A stretch of DNA of 64,000 nucleotides from an uncultured Chloroflexia bacterium (GCA_963746845.1 CAVVCZ010000004.1:352001-416000), one strand, 5' to 3'; positions 18,149-27,513 are shown, numbered from the stretch's first letter. Numbers and translations: made by a program. Notes: generated by a model not told the origin, from the letters alone.

Positions 18149-18297
18149 CGCGCGTGTGTCACTCCCACGCGAACACGCGATAGGTTTCGTTGCGTGTGCG
18201 CGGCACACGGCCGACACGACGGCGGGCGCCCGTGACGCTCGGATCGGCGGGAAGGTCGGTCGGCTCGCCGTTCTCGCGTGTGTCAGGCACACGCGCG
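18149..18297. repeat. intergenic element with 10-bp terminal inverted repeats (CGCGCGTGTG/CACACGCGCG) and internal repeats
   Basis: Seen directly; CGCGTGTGTCA at 18151 and 18275. Confidence 0.45.
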
Positions 18298-18352
18298 GGA
18301 GGGCCGGCCGGGGCGAGGGGAGGCTCGCGCGCCGCGCCCTGCGCCTCAGAGC

Positions 18353-19297
18353 TCAGCCGTTCACGAGCCCCGTCGTGTCGACGACCTCGAGCATCGAGCC
18401 GGTGATCCCCTGGAGCCCGTGCAGGTCGTCGTCGTTCCAGCGCGGGTCGGGGGCGCCCGAGATGTAGTACGCGGAGCCGTTGTCGGCCAGGATCATCCCG
18501 TACTTCTTCAGCGCCGCGAGGATCACGCGGCTCTGCGGACCGTACGCGTTGATGTTCACGCTCGCCTTCAGGCGAACGCGCAGGCCCATCGGCGGGAGCG
18601 ACGCGCTCGATCCGTCGCCCGCGTCGTGGCGGGCCGGGTAGATGTGGGCGGACCGGGTCGACGGGACGGTGAACCGGAGCGCGTGCGCGATCACGCCCGC
18701 CGCGACCTCGTCGTACCGGGCGAGGCCCGGGTAGATCGGCAGCCCTGCGGCATCGGCCGAGGTCCAGCCGTCTGGCCGGAGGGCGTTCGAGGTCAGGTCC
18801 CAGGTGGCGCCGGAGCCGGCGGTCCAGGTTCCGTTGACCTTCGCGGCCGCGAACAGCTCCCACAGCCGGCAGGTCTTCTGGTCGACCATGAGGATGTGCC
18901 GGTCACCACCCGCGCCGGCCCCCTCGATCTTCGGCGATGGCGGGATCGGGTAGCCCACCCGGTCCGATTCGGACGGCCACTGGAACGTGACCGTCGAAGC
19001 AGCCGTCGCCGCCGAGTTGACCATGTTCACGGGGATGCCGTAGCCGGCGAACGTGCCGAAATCCGGATGCAGGTACTTGCTCACGCCCATCGTCGCGATG
19101 AGGGTCGCCGAGTCGCTCCGGACGGGCAGGGCATCGACGCGCTTGTTCCAGACGTTCGACGCGGGAAAGGGCAGCGTGCACGGCGTCCGGTACTTGTAGC
19201 GCGAGATGGTCGGCGCGGCCGACGCCGAGGCGCCGCCGACCGAGGCGGCCACGAGGGCGATGAGGACGGCCACGCGGAGCGAGCGACGAGCGGGCAT
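18353..19297 (-). CDS. secreted hypothetical protein
   Basis: Signal peptide MPARRSLRVAVLIALVAASVGGASASAA; WTSADAAGLP, HALRFT and LKKYGMILADNGS. Confidence 0.8.
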   Translation of the reverse strand: MPARRSLRVAVLIALVAASVGGASASAAPTISRYKYRTPCTLPFPASNVWNKRVDALPVRSDSATLIATMGVSKYLHPDFGTFAGYGIPVNMVNSAATAASTVTFQWPSESDRVGYPIPPSPKIEGAGAGGDRHILMVDQKTCRLWELFAAAKVNGTWTAGSGATWDLTSNALRPDGWTSADAAGLPIYPGLARYDEVAAGVIAHALRFTVPSTRSAHIYPARHDAGDGSSASLPPMGLRVRLKASVNINAYGPQSRVILAALKKYGMILADNGSAYYISGAPDPRWNDDDLHGLQGITGSMLEVVDTTGLVNG

Positions 19298-19379
19298 GCC
19301 GTCATCGTCCGACGGCGGCTGTCGATGAGCGCTGATCCGATGGTCCCGAACGGTGCCCGAACACACCGCCTGATTGGCT

Positions 19380-19492
19380 GTCGCGCCCGAACGCCGATGG
19401 CCGCGTTGTCGACCGCGCTGCTCGCTCACGCACATTGAAGTGCGCTCGCTCCGCTGCTCCCCGGCGCCTTGCCCTCGGCGCCCGGACGCGAC
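19380..19492. repeat. ERIC/IRU-like long imperfect palindrome
   Basis: About 22-nt complementary ends; internal GCGTTG...CTCACGCAC-loop-GTGCGCTC...CGCCTTG. Confidence 0.55.
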
Positions 19493-19502
19493 GAACGCCG
19501 TG

Positions 19503-20513
19503 TTAGCCGAGCGAGACGTCCTTCCGGTAGGCCACGCCGACGCGGTGACGCCGGAAGCCCATTGCCTCGTACACGCGGAGGGCGCCCGAGACGTTCTCCG
19601 CATCGACCCCGAGAGCCGCCTCCGTGAGCCCGCGCTCGCGCAGCGCGACGAGCGAGCGGGCGATCAGCGCCGACGCGAGCCCGCGGCGACGCCACGGCCG
19701 GCGGACGCTGATGTGCTCGAGCCAGCCGCGACCGATCCCCAGCTGGACGTTCTCCTTGGCGAAGACGAACGGCATCACGGAGCCGGCGATCTCGTCGCCG
19801 TCCCAGGCCACCTGCCACAGGCTCGTGTCGAGCTCGGGCATCGCGAACCATCGATCGAAGTCCGCGTCCGTCCGCTCGCCGTGGTTCCAGTGATCGCGGA
19901 ACGCCTCGACGTCGGCGTCCCAGATCCGGCGGTGGTCGTCCGCCTCGACGGGCCGGACCTCCAGTCCGTCCGGCATCGGCAGATCCGGGATCGGCTCGGC
20001 GAGATCGCGGACCATCATGTAGCCGTACCGGACGATCCGGTACCCGGCTCCCTCGTACAGGGCCACGGCGCCCACCTGGACCTCGTCCGGCCAGGCGGTC
20101 AGGGCCCGGTTTCGTGGGCGCCCGTCGACGCGCGCGACCTCGGCGGCGCGCCGCTCGGTCCAGCCGAGCAGGGCCCGGCCGAGACCGCGTCGACGCCACG
20201 CCGGGCGGACCCAGCCCTCCATCTGATGGCTCCCGATCCCGTCGCGTGTCCGTACGTCGGTCTCGGCCGCGGCGACGACCACCCCGTCGATCTCGGCGAG
20301 GAGGACATCCCGACGCGGATCGAACTCGTCGGCGTGCTCGTAGTCGTTCCGGAGCTGTTCGACGGTCGGGATCCAGTCGATCCCGTCGGCGAGATGGGCC
20401 TCGCCGATCAGCGCGGCGAGCGCCGCGTAGTCGCGTGCGGGGTCGAACGGGCGGAAGCGCAGCCCCGGGATCGCCGGCGCGACGGGGAAGGCGACCGGGG
20501 TGTCGTCGATCAT
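19503..20513 (-). CDS. tandem-domain GNAT acetyltransferase
   Basis: Two VRPxWRRRGLG/A motif-A copies; LGVDAEN. Confidence 0.88.
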   Translation of the reverse strand: MIDDTPVAFPVAPAIPGLRFRPFDPARDYAALAALIGEAHLADGIDWIPTVEQLRNDYEHADEFDPRRDVLLAEIDGVVVAAAETDVRTRDGIGSHQMEGWVRPAWRRRGLGRALLGWTERRAAEVARVDGRPRNRALTAWPDEVQVGAVALYEGAGYRIVRYGYMMVRDLAEPIPDLPMPDGLEVRPVEADDHRRIWDADVEAFRDHWNHGERTDADFDRWFAMPELDTSLWQVAWDGDEIAGSVMPFVFAKENVQLGIGRGWLEHISVRRPWRRRGLASALIARSLVALRERGLTEAALGVDAENVSGALRVYEAMGFRRHRVGVAYRKDVSLG

Positions 20514-21556
20514 GGCGCGTCCTCCGCGCCGGCCGGCTCGACGGCCGGCAGGGGCTTGCGGTAGGCGGTCGTGCTCGAGGCGACCTGGAAGCCGCAGGAT
20601 TCGTAGAGCCCGAGCGCCTGGTTCGCGTTCGCCGAGTCGACGCCGAGCGCTGCCGTCGTGACGCCCCGATCGCGGAGGGCCAGAAGGCTCCGGGCGATCA
20701 GGGCCCGTGCCAGCCCGCGCCTGCGCCAGGGCCGTCGAGTGAACACGGAATCGAGCCAGCCGACCGGGATGCCGTCGTGGCCCTTGTGGATCCCGTTGAG
20801 GATGCCGCCCGCGATCTCGTCGCCGTCGAACGCGACGACCCACAGCGACGTGTCGGTGTCCGGGTCGGCCATCATCTGGGTGTAGACGCTCTCCGGGTCG
20901 TCGACCGACCCGAAGCTCTCGAGAAAGGCCTCCGTGTCGGCAGCGATCACGGCCCGGATCGCGGTCGGCTCGGTCGGGATCGGCCGGGTCTCGAGACCGT
21001 CGGGCAGGGGCAGATCCGGGATGGCCTCGAAGTCGGGGCGGCGCATCGAGTGGAACCGCCGGAACGGCTCGTAGCCTGCCCGTCGCAGGACGATGCCGCC
21101 GCCGACGTCGCCGTCGTGGCTGAACGTCGTCAGCCAGCGCGGCCGGTCGAGCGCCGCGCCCGCGGCCCGGTCCTCGGCGGCCATGGCGATTCGCCGCGCC
21201 TCGGTCCAGGCGAGGAGCCGCGCGCCCACCCCGCGTCGCCGGACATCCGGGTCGACAAAGCAGGCGGACTCGTACCAGCGCTCGCCGTCGGTTGAATCCG
21301 TCCACTGGACCCTGCCGTAGCCGACGATCGCCTCGCCGCTCCGGGCGATGACGAGATCCGTGGCCGGCGTGAAGTGCTGAAGGCTGTCGTAGTAGGCGTG
21401 CATCGCCTCGAACGTGTTCCGTTCGATCTCGCCGTCGGCGCGCCGGGTCCGTTCCGCCGTCGCGTACATCCCCGGCAGCTCCGCCTCGAGATCCATCGAA
21501 GGGTCGATCCGCACCCCGGCCCCGGTCGCGGCGTCCGCCGCCCGCGTGGAGGTCAT
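20510..21556 (-). CDS. tandem-domain GNAT acetyltransferase (paralog of the neighbour)
   Basis: VDPDVRRRGVG, TRRPWRRRGLA and LGVDSAN. Confidence 0.88.
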   Translation of the reverse strand: MTSTRAADAATGAGVRIDPSMDLEAELPGMYATAERTRRADGEIERNTFEAMHAYYDSLQHFTPATDLVIARSGEAIVGYGRVQWTDSTDGERWYESACFVDPDVRRRGVGARLLAWTEARRIAMAAEDRAAGAALDRPRWLTTFSHDGDVGGGIVLRRAGYEPFRRFHSMRRPDFEAIPDLPLPDGLETRPIPTEPTAIRAVIAADTEAFLESFGSVDDPESVYTQMMADPDTDTSLWVVAFDGDEIAGGILNGIHKGHDGIPVGWLDSVFTRRPWRRRGLARALIARSLLALRDRGVTTAALGVDSANANQALGLYESCGFQVASSTTAYRKPLPAVEPAGAEDAP

Positions 21557-22665
21557 CGCCAGCCCTCCGTCCCGTACTTCGCGTCCATGTGCCGGCCCAC
21601 CGCCTTGCCGATCGCCTTCCACTTCCGTCGCTCCTCGGCGCGCGCCAGGCCGTCGACGCGGCGCTCGTGGTGGGCAGCCTCCCGCTGCAGCTTGCGCCAG
21701 CTCTCGAACCGATCCGCCGGCAGACGGCCGTCCGCCCGCGCCGCGCTCACGGCACAGCCCGGCTCGCCGTCGTGCGAGCAGTCATTGAACCGACAGCCGG
21801 CCGCGAGCTCGTCGATGTCGCCGAACGAACGATCGAGGCCGTCGCCGTCCCAGAGGGCCAGCTCGCGCATCCCCGGTGTGTCGAGGATCAGTCCGCCGTC
21901 GGGCAGCAGGTGGAGCTGGCGGCGCGTGGTCGTGTGGCGTCCCCGCGCGTCGTCGTCGCGGATGTCCTGGGTCACGGCGATCTCGGCGCCGGCCAGCCGA
22001 TTCAGGAGGGTCGACTTGCCCACGCCCGACGAGCCGACAAACGCGACCGTTCGGCCGGAGCCGATCCGCTCTCGGACCTGCTCGACGCCACGGCCGTCGA
22101 CGGCGCTCACCGCGATGACGGTCGCGCCCGTCGCCACGGCCTCGACCGCGGCGAGCGCCTCCGCGATGTCGTCGTCGCTGTCCAGGTCGGCCTTGGAGAG
22201 GAGGACGACCGGTTCGGCACCGCTGTCCCATGCGGCCGCCAGGTAGCGCTCGAGACGACGCACATTGAGGTCGGCGTTGAGCGACGCGACGACGAAGACG
22301 ACGTCGAGGTTGGCGCCGACGACCTGCGCCTCGGTCCGCCGGCCCGCGGCCTGGCGGACCAGCGCGGAGCGGCGGGGGAGCAGGGCATGGATGACCGTCT
22401 CACCGGTCATCCCGCCCTCGACCGCGACCCAGTCGCCGACGGCCGGGAATGCCGATGGATCGTCATCCGCGTCGAACCGGAAGCGGCCGCTGACCGCGGC
22501 CCGCTGCTCGCCGGCGGCGCCGGCGAGCTGGTACGAGCCGCGATCCTCGGCGACGACCCGGGCCGGCTCACGGCCCAGCGCGGCATGCGCCGCATGGGCT
22601 GCGGCCAGCGCCTCGGTCCAGCCGAGCGCATGGAGGGTCGTCGGAGCGGCGAAGGTCCCGCTCAT
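21553..22665 (-). CDS. rsgA: ribosome small subunit-dependent GTPase A
   Basis: Circularly permuted GTPase: SKAD, GSSGVGKS, GRHTTT, DTPG and the CRFNDCSHDGEPGC Zn finger. Confidence 0.95.
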   Translation of the reverse strand: MSGTFAAPTTLHALGWTEALAAAHAAHAALGREPARVVAEDRGSYQLAGAAGEQRAAVSGRFRFDADDDPSAFPAVGDWVAVEGGMTGETVIHALLPRRSALVRQAAGRRTEAQVVGANLDVVFVVASLNADLNVRRLERYLAAAWDSGAEPVVLLSKADLDSDDDIAEALAAVEAVATGATVIAVSAVDGRGVEQVRERIGSGRTVAFVGSSGVGKSTLLNRLAGAEIAVTQDIRDDDARGRHTTTRRQLHLLPDGGLILDTPGMRELALWDGDGLDRSFGDIDELAAGCRFNDCSHDGEPGCAVSAARADGRLPADRFESWRKLQREAAHHERRVDGLARAEERRKWKAIGKAVGRHMDAKYGTEGWR

Positions 22666-23465
22666 CCGACGCGCTTCAGCTTGCCGGTCCGCTTGGCGTA
22701 GCGCTCGGCGCGGCCGAACGCCCACAGCCCGAACGGGATGAGGAACACGCCCATCACGATCAGGGGCCAGACGTCGTACAGGAGCTCGTTGACCGGCGTC
22801 CCGTCGACGACGCCCTTGCGGACGCCATCGAGGACGTAGGTCGCCGGCGAGAACTTCGAGAGCACCTGCATCCAGCCGGGCAGGATCGTGACGGAGTAGT
22901 ACACGCCGCTGACGAGCAGCAGGCATGACTGGAGGACGAACGTCATCTGCGCCCCGCGCTCCACGTAGAGGAGCGGCAGGATCGCGGCGATCATCCCGAT
23001 CCCGACGATGCTGAACGAGCCGAGCAGGACGAACGTGATGACCGTGACCGGGTTCGCCCCGGCCACCTCGAGCTGGGGGAAGAACAGGATCAGCACGACG
23101 AGGATCGCGGCGGTGTGGATCAGCCCGTACACCATCGCGTACAGGACCGAGCCGAGCAGCTGCGACCAGCGCCGGATCGGCGCCATCATCGTGTACTCGA
23201 GCGTGCCCTCCCAACGCTCGACGCTGATCGTCTCCGCGATCCAGCTGAACACCACCGAGAGGTAGTTCCAGAAGATCGCGCCGATCATCAGCATCAACGT
23301 GAGGTGGGCGTCGCCCTGATCGGCCCCGATGAGCGAGATGCTGAGCGCACCCGCCACGGAGTAGATCAGGAAGGCGATCTCCCAGCCCCAGTAGCGCCGG
23401 GTCAGGAAGAAGTTGCGCTCCATGAAGGCGTACGACGCCTTCATCTCGTGCGCGAGGGTGGTCAT
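22662..23465 (-). CDS. ABC-2 type transporter permease
   Basis: Six TM segments, ERWEGTLE and SGVYY. Confidence 0.88.
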   Translation of the reverse strand: MTTLAHEMKASYAFMERNFFLTRRYWGWEIAFLIYSVAGALSISLIGADQGDAHLTLMLMIGAIFWNYLSVVFSWIAETISVERWEGTLEYTMMAPIRRWSQLLGSVLYAMVYGLIHTAAILVVLILFFPQLEVAGANPVTVITFVLLGSFSIVGIGMIAAILPLLYVERGAQMTFVLQSCLLLVSGVYYSVTILPGWMQVLSKFSPATYVLDGVRKGVVDGTPVNELLYDVWPLIVMGVFLIPFGLWAFGRAERYAKRTGKLKRVG

Positions 23466-23500
23466 GGGGGTTCTCCGGGTCTGGGCGCCGGCCCGGCCGC

Positions 23501-23695
23501 TCATTGCGGCCGAGCCAGCGAATAGGCCGCCTCACCGGCCAGGCGGTTCCCGAACCGGATGATCCGCGTGCCGATGGCACGCCGGATCGACGGCGCGGGC
23601 GTCTCGAACTGGCGGCTGATGGCCGCCCGGTCGAAGGCCTGCTGGCGAAGCTCGTTGATCAGCCAGAGCTGGTCGTTGGCGTTCGCGAACTGCAT
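23501..23695 (-). CDS. 64-aa small hypothetical protein
   Basis: Strong AAAGGAGGTG SD; lies between the ABC ATPase and permease genes. Confidence 0.7.
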   Translation of the reverse strand: MQFANANDQLWLINELRQQAFDRAAISRQFETPAPSIRRAIGTRIIRFGNRLAGEAAYSLARPQ

Positions 23696-23712
23696 CTCGT
23701 TCTCACCTCCTT

Positions 23713-24600
23713 TCATTCGGTGTCGTCGTCGGCCTCGTCCTCGACGTCGTCGTCGAGCGAGCGGCCGGTGTGGGTCATGAAGACGTCGTGGAGGGTCGCG
23801 GTCCGACCCGTCCGTGCTGCCTCGGTCGCGATCAGGCCGGCCGGCGTGTCCTCGACGACGACCCGGCCGCCGGCCAGGACCGTGATCGAGTCGCACAGCC
23901 GCTCGGCCTCGTCCAGGTCGTGCGTCGTGAGGACGATCGACGCGTCGTGCGTCTCCCGGAGCTCCTCGATGAACGCCTGGACGTCGAGCTTCGAGCGCGG
24001 ATCGAGACCCGTCGTCGGCTCGTCGAGCAGGAGGAGCGACGGGCTCGTCAACAGGGCTCGCGCGATGGCGACCTTCTGCTGCATCCCCCGGCTCATCTGC
24101 TCGATGGGCCGGCCCACCCGCTTCTCGCTGATCCCGAGGCGACCCAGGATCGCGATGGCCTCGTGCTTCGCCTGCGCCGCCTCGAGGCCATAGAGCCTGG
24201 CGGCGAAGAGGAGGTTCTCCATCGGGCTGAGCTTCTTGAAGAAGGCGGCGTCGACGCTGACCCGGTTGATCAGCCGCTTGACCTCCATCTCGTCTCGCTC
24301 GATGTCGAAGCCGAAGACCGAGACCCGGCCCTCGTCCAGGGTCAGCAGGCCCGAGACGAGGCGGATGAGGGTGGACTTGCCCGACCCGTTGGCGCCGAGG
24401 ATCCCGACGATGTCGCCCCGCTCGAGGCGGAGGGACACGTCCGCGATCGCGATGACGGGCGTGCGCTTGCGACCGACGACGAACCGCTTGGTGACGCCCT
24501 CCACGAGGAGCGCCGGCACGGCCGTGTCGACCGCCCGCGCAGCGCCGCTGGCGCCGTCTGGACGGGCGATCTTCTGTTGTCCGAGGACGGTGGCGGTCAC
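23713..24600 (-). CDS. ABC transporter ATP-binding protein (DrrA-like)
   Basis: GANGSGKS, MSRGMQQ and LLLDEPT. Confidence 0.92.
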   Translation of the reverse strand: MTATVLGQQKIARPDGASGAARAVDTAVPALLVEGVTKRFVVGRKRTPVIAIADVSLRLERGDIVGILGANGSGKSTLIRLVSGLLTLDEGRVSVFGFDIERDEMEVKRLINRVSVDAAFFKKLSPMENLLFAARLYGLEAAQAKHEAIAILGRLGISEKRVGRPIEQMSRGMQQKVAIARALLTSPSLLLLDEPTTGLDPRSKLDVQAFIEELRETHDASIVLTTHDLDEAERLCDSITVLAGGRVVVEDTPAGLIATEAARTGRTATLHDVFMTHTGRSLDDDVEDEADDDTE

Positions 24601-24759
24601 TGCACTGGGCTCCTGGTGGTTCGCGCGGTAGGGACGACTGGTGGCGTTTCCGCTGCGGATCCGGTGACCGGGAATCGATCGAGCCGCGGACCCGGTTCGA
24701 TGCTCCGGCGCATCGCGTGGGCTCGCGGCTCGGGTGACGGCTCTCCGCGGAGAGGCATC

Positions 24760-24790
24760 AAAAAAGCCGGGGGCCCGTCTGGCCCACGGC
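24760..24790 (-). terminator. intrinsic terminator in the 5' leader of the ABC operon (attenuator)
   Basis: Minus strand GCCGTGGGCC-AGACG-GGCCCCCGGC-TTTTTT. Confidence 0.8.
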
Positions 24791-24827
24791 TCGTGGTTCG
24801 TCTGGAGGGCGGACTCGCCGCCTCAGG

Positions 24828-24914
24828 CTAGCTCGAGATGGGCACAGATCTCCCGCTCACGACGGCACTGAGGGGTGCGGTCGTGCGCCGGTAGAACTCG
24901 GTGTTCATCTGCAT
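24828..24914 (-). CDS. putative 28-aa leader peptide MQMNTEFYRRTTAPLSAVVSGRSVPISS
   Basis: GGAGG SD at 24924-24928; lies between the promoter and the leader terminator. Confidence 0.6.
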   Translation of the reverse strand: MQMNTEFYRRTTAPLSAVVSGRSVPISS

Positions 24915-24967
24915 TCGGAGTGACCTCCGCGAGCTGGATGGGACGGGCGATCTGCACGCCGGCGGGC

Positions 24968-24997
24968 AGTCTACGCGCGTCGAGGACGCGACGTCAA
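24968..24997 (-). promoter_or_regulatory. sigma70-type promoter TTGACG-N18-TAGACT
   Basis: Seen directly upstream of the leader peptide. Confidence 0.7.
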
Positions 24998-25011
24998 CCG
25001 GGCGGAACGAC

Positions 25012-25257
25012 GATGTCGGCCATGCGACAGATGACGTAGGGCGGGTGAGTGCCGACCCCGCCGATGTGCATCGTATGCACACGTCGACACAGCCCGGCTG
25101 CGTTCGTGTCGGAGTCGTGCACCTCGTGCACAGGTTCGCCCCAGGGCGGCGGAAACGTGCATCCGATGCTTGGTTCGCGACCATTTCCGGTGCGACACAC
25201 AGGCCAAGCATTGCGACGCGTGCACCCGGTGCAAGCGGCACAATCGAGCCGGACATC
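25012..25257. repeat. region with four GTGCA-N5-TGCAC-type palindromes bounded by an imperfect inverted repeat
   Basis: Copies at 25066, 25117, 25157 and 25220; ends GATGTCGGC and GCCGGACATC. Confidence 0.55.
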
Positions 25258-25858
25258 AGAGGTCCAGCCGGACCACGGGGCGGGGCCAGCGGGTTGCGCC
25301 CGGCCGGCGCTCGCCGACGACGTCGAACCCCGCTCCCAGGAACATCCGGAGCGTCCCCCCGTAGGCGATCGGCGTCGGGATCCGCTGACCACCGGGCTCG
25401 ATCGGGTAGGCCTCGACCGAGCCCGCGCCGCCGGTCCTGGCGTGGTCGACGCCCGCGGCCAGCATGGCCCGCGCCAGGCCCCGGCCCCGTTCGCGGCGAT
25501 CGACCACGAAGCAGACGATCGACCAGACGGGCGCCCTGGCAGACGCGTCGGACATGTGGTTCTCGCGCCCTGCGAGCTTCAGGAACCCGTCCCGGGGCCC
25601 GACGCTCACCCACGCAACGACCCGGCCGTCGCGGTAGCCCAGGAGACCCGGCGATGGTCCGCGAACGGTCCGCTCGGTGAGGACCTCCCGGTTCTCGTCC
25701 CGCGGCCGTGCCTTGACGGAGCCCGTGATGTGGAACGAGGCGCACCAGCACCACTTCGGGTCGCCCGGCTGCTCGAACAGACCGGCGAGATCCTCGAGAC
25801 GGTCAGGGGTCAGCGGCCGGATGTCGAGCCCGGTCTCGGCCGGCACTTCCGCCATCAC
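25256..25858 (-). CDS. GNAT acetyltransferase (CxC motif type)
   Basis: WCWC, WSIVCFVV...RGRGLA and VEAYP. Confidence 0.85.
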   Translation of the reverse strand: MMAEVPAETGLDIRPLTPDRLEDLAGLFEQPGDPKWCWCASFHITGSVKARPRDENREVLTERTVRGPSPGLLGYRDGRVVAWVSVGPRDGFLKLAGRENHMSDASARAPVWSIVCFVVDRRERGRGLARAMLAAGVDHARTGGAGSVEAYPIEPGGQRIPTPIAYGGTLRMFLGAGFDVVGERRPGATRWPRPVVRLDL

Positions 25859-26448
25859 GATTCGATCGATCGCCGGACGATGACCCGACGGACGGTCGCC
25901 TGTGGCGAGTCGATCCGGTGGACGACCTCGAAGCCGGCGGCCTCGAACGTCGACAGGAGCCCTGTGTACCCGAGTGCGGCCGGGACGCGCCCGTCGCCGG
26001 GATCGACCGGGTACGCCTCGATTCCCGGCGCGCCGTGGTCCCGGGCGTACTCGGTGGCCGCCTCGAGCAGCAGCGTCGTGAGGCCCTCGCCACGTGCCGC
26101 CTTGGAGACCACGAAGCAGACGACCGACCAGACCGGCGTGTCGTCGATCCTCGGGCGGACCCGTGAGTTCGTCAGGCGTTCGTAGTCCTCACGAGGCGCG
26201 ACGCTGACCCAGCCGATCGCCCGGCCATCCCGAGAGGCGAGGAGCCCGGGCGCCGGGTCGCGCCCCTCGTCGACGAGGGCGTGGAATCCCTCCCGGGTCT
26301 CCGCGCTGTTCGTGAACGACCAGTCCTTCGACCGGAGCCGCCAGAACATGCACCAGCAGGTCTTCGGGTCCCCACCCTCGCTGAACAGCGCGGCGACGTC
26401 GTCCCAGCGATCCGGGGTCAGCGGGACGATCTCGAGCGCCTCGTCCAT
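25855..26448 (-). CDS. GNAT acetyltransferase (tandem paralog)
   Basis: TCWCM, WSVVCFVV...RGEGL and IEAYP; TAGGAT -10 box 7 nt before the ATG. Confidence 0.85.
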   Translation of the reverse strand: MDEALEIVPLTPDRWDDVAALFSEGGDPKTCWCMFWRLRSKDWSFTNSAETREGFHALVDEGRDPAPGLLASRDGRAIGWVSVAPREDYERLTNSRVRPRIDDTPVWSVVCFVVSKAARGEGLTTLLLEAATEYARDHGAPGIEAYPVDPGDGRVPAALGYTGLLSTFEAAGFEVVHRIDSPQATVRRVIVRRSIES

Positions 26449-26498
26449 GCCCCGCATCCTAGACCGTCGATCCGCCAGTCCCTGTCATCATCGAGGCG

Positions 26499-27416
26499 AT
26501 GGACGACGAGCGCCTCGCCTGGCTCCGGGCTGCGGTCGCGCCGCCGCGGCGGTCGATCGTCGAGCTGGTCGGGGGCGGGGTTCTGGACCCCGAGCTCGCG
26601 GGCCTCGCATGGCTGCTGCTCGAGGCCCGACTGCCATTGATCGTCGCCGGACTCGCCCAGGGTGCCGGCAAGACGACCCTGTTCGATGCCCTGCTGGACT
26701 TCCTGCCGGCGACCACCCGCCGGATCGACCTCGCGGGTGTCGAGGAAGACTTCGCATGGCTGCCCGAGGCGCCGGCGCTCGGCTGGCCGTCCTCGACGAG
26801 CGAGCTCTACGTCCCGCCGACGTCCGTGCTGCCCGTCACGCCGGCCTCGGGGTACCTGGTGGCGGCCGAGCTGTCCGCCCACCTGCCGCTCTACACCTGG
26901 GGCGAGGCGGCCCGGACGCTGGTCCGGGCGGCGTCGCTCGGGTACGGGATCGGTGCCACGATCCACGCGGATCGGCTCGAGGACGTCCACGACGAGCTCC
27001 GGTCGCCGTCCGTGGGTCTGACCGACGACGAGCTCTCGTATCTGGGGCTGATCCTCGTCATCCGGCCGGAGCGCGGCCCGGACGGTCACGTCCGCAGGCG
27101 GGTCGTCGCCGCCCACTACGCACGGCCGGTGGGTCGAGACGAGCACGGCCACGTCCAGCGCCTGCCACCGGCGGTCGTCGCGGTCCGCGACGAGCGGTCC
27201 GACCGGCTCGAGCACTTCGCGTGGGGGATCATGCCGGAGCTCGCGATCCGCCTGGGGCGGAAGGCCGGCGACCTCGAGGCCGACCATGCCGAGCGTGCGG
27301 AGCTGCTCCGGCAGCTGGCAGCCGAGGGCGTCGTCGACGTGGACTCGGTCCGTCACGAGATCGCGGCATTCGTCGGCGCGCATTCGTCGGCGCGCGACCG
27401 ATCACCGCTGCACTGA
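26499..27416 (+). CDS. P-loop ATPase resembling the core of VirB11/CpaF-type secretion ATPases
   Basis: GAGKTT Walker A and ATIHA His box; N-terminal domain absent. Confidence 0.65.
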   Translation: MDDERLAWLRAAVAPPRRSIVELVGGGVLDPELAGLAWLLLEARLPLIVAGLAQGAGKTTLFDALLDFLPATTRRIDLAGVEEDFAWLPEAPALGWPSSTSELYVPPTSVLPVTPASGYLVAAELSAHLPLYTWGEAARTLVRAASLGYGIGATIHADRLEDVHDELRSPSVGLTDDELSYLGLILVIRPERGPDGHVRRRVVAAHYARPVGRDEHGHVQRLPPAVVAVRDERSDRLEHFAWGIMPELAIRLGRKAGDLEADHAERAELLRQLAAEGVVDVDSVRHEIAAFVGAHSSARDRSPLH

Positions 27417-27423
27417 GCAGCTC

Positions 27424-27513
27424 GTGCTGACCGGCATCGACCATCTCGTGATCGCGGTGACGGACCCGGACGCCGGAGTGACCATCGTCGTCGGTCCGTC
27501 GGTGCCAAGATGA
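27424..27513 (+). pseudogene. truncated VOC-family gene remnant
   Basis: GTG LTGIDHLVIAVTDPDAG is a classic VOC N-terminus, but the frame stops after about 29 codons. Confidence 0.5.
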
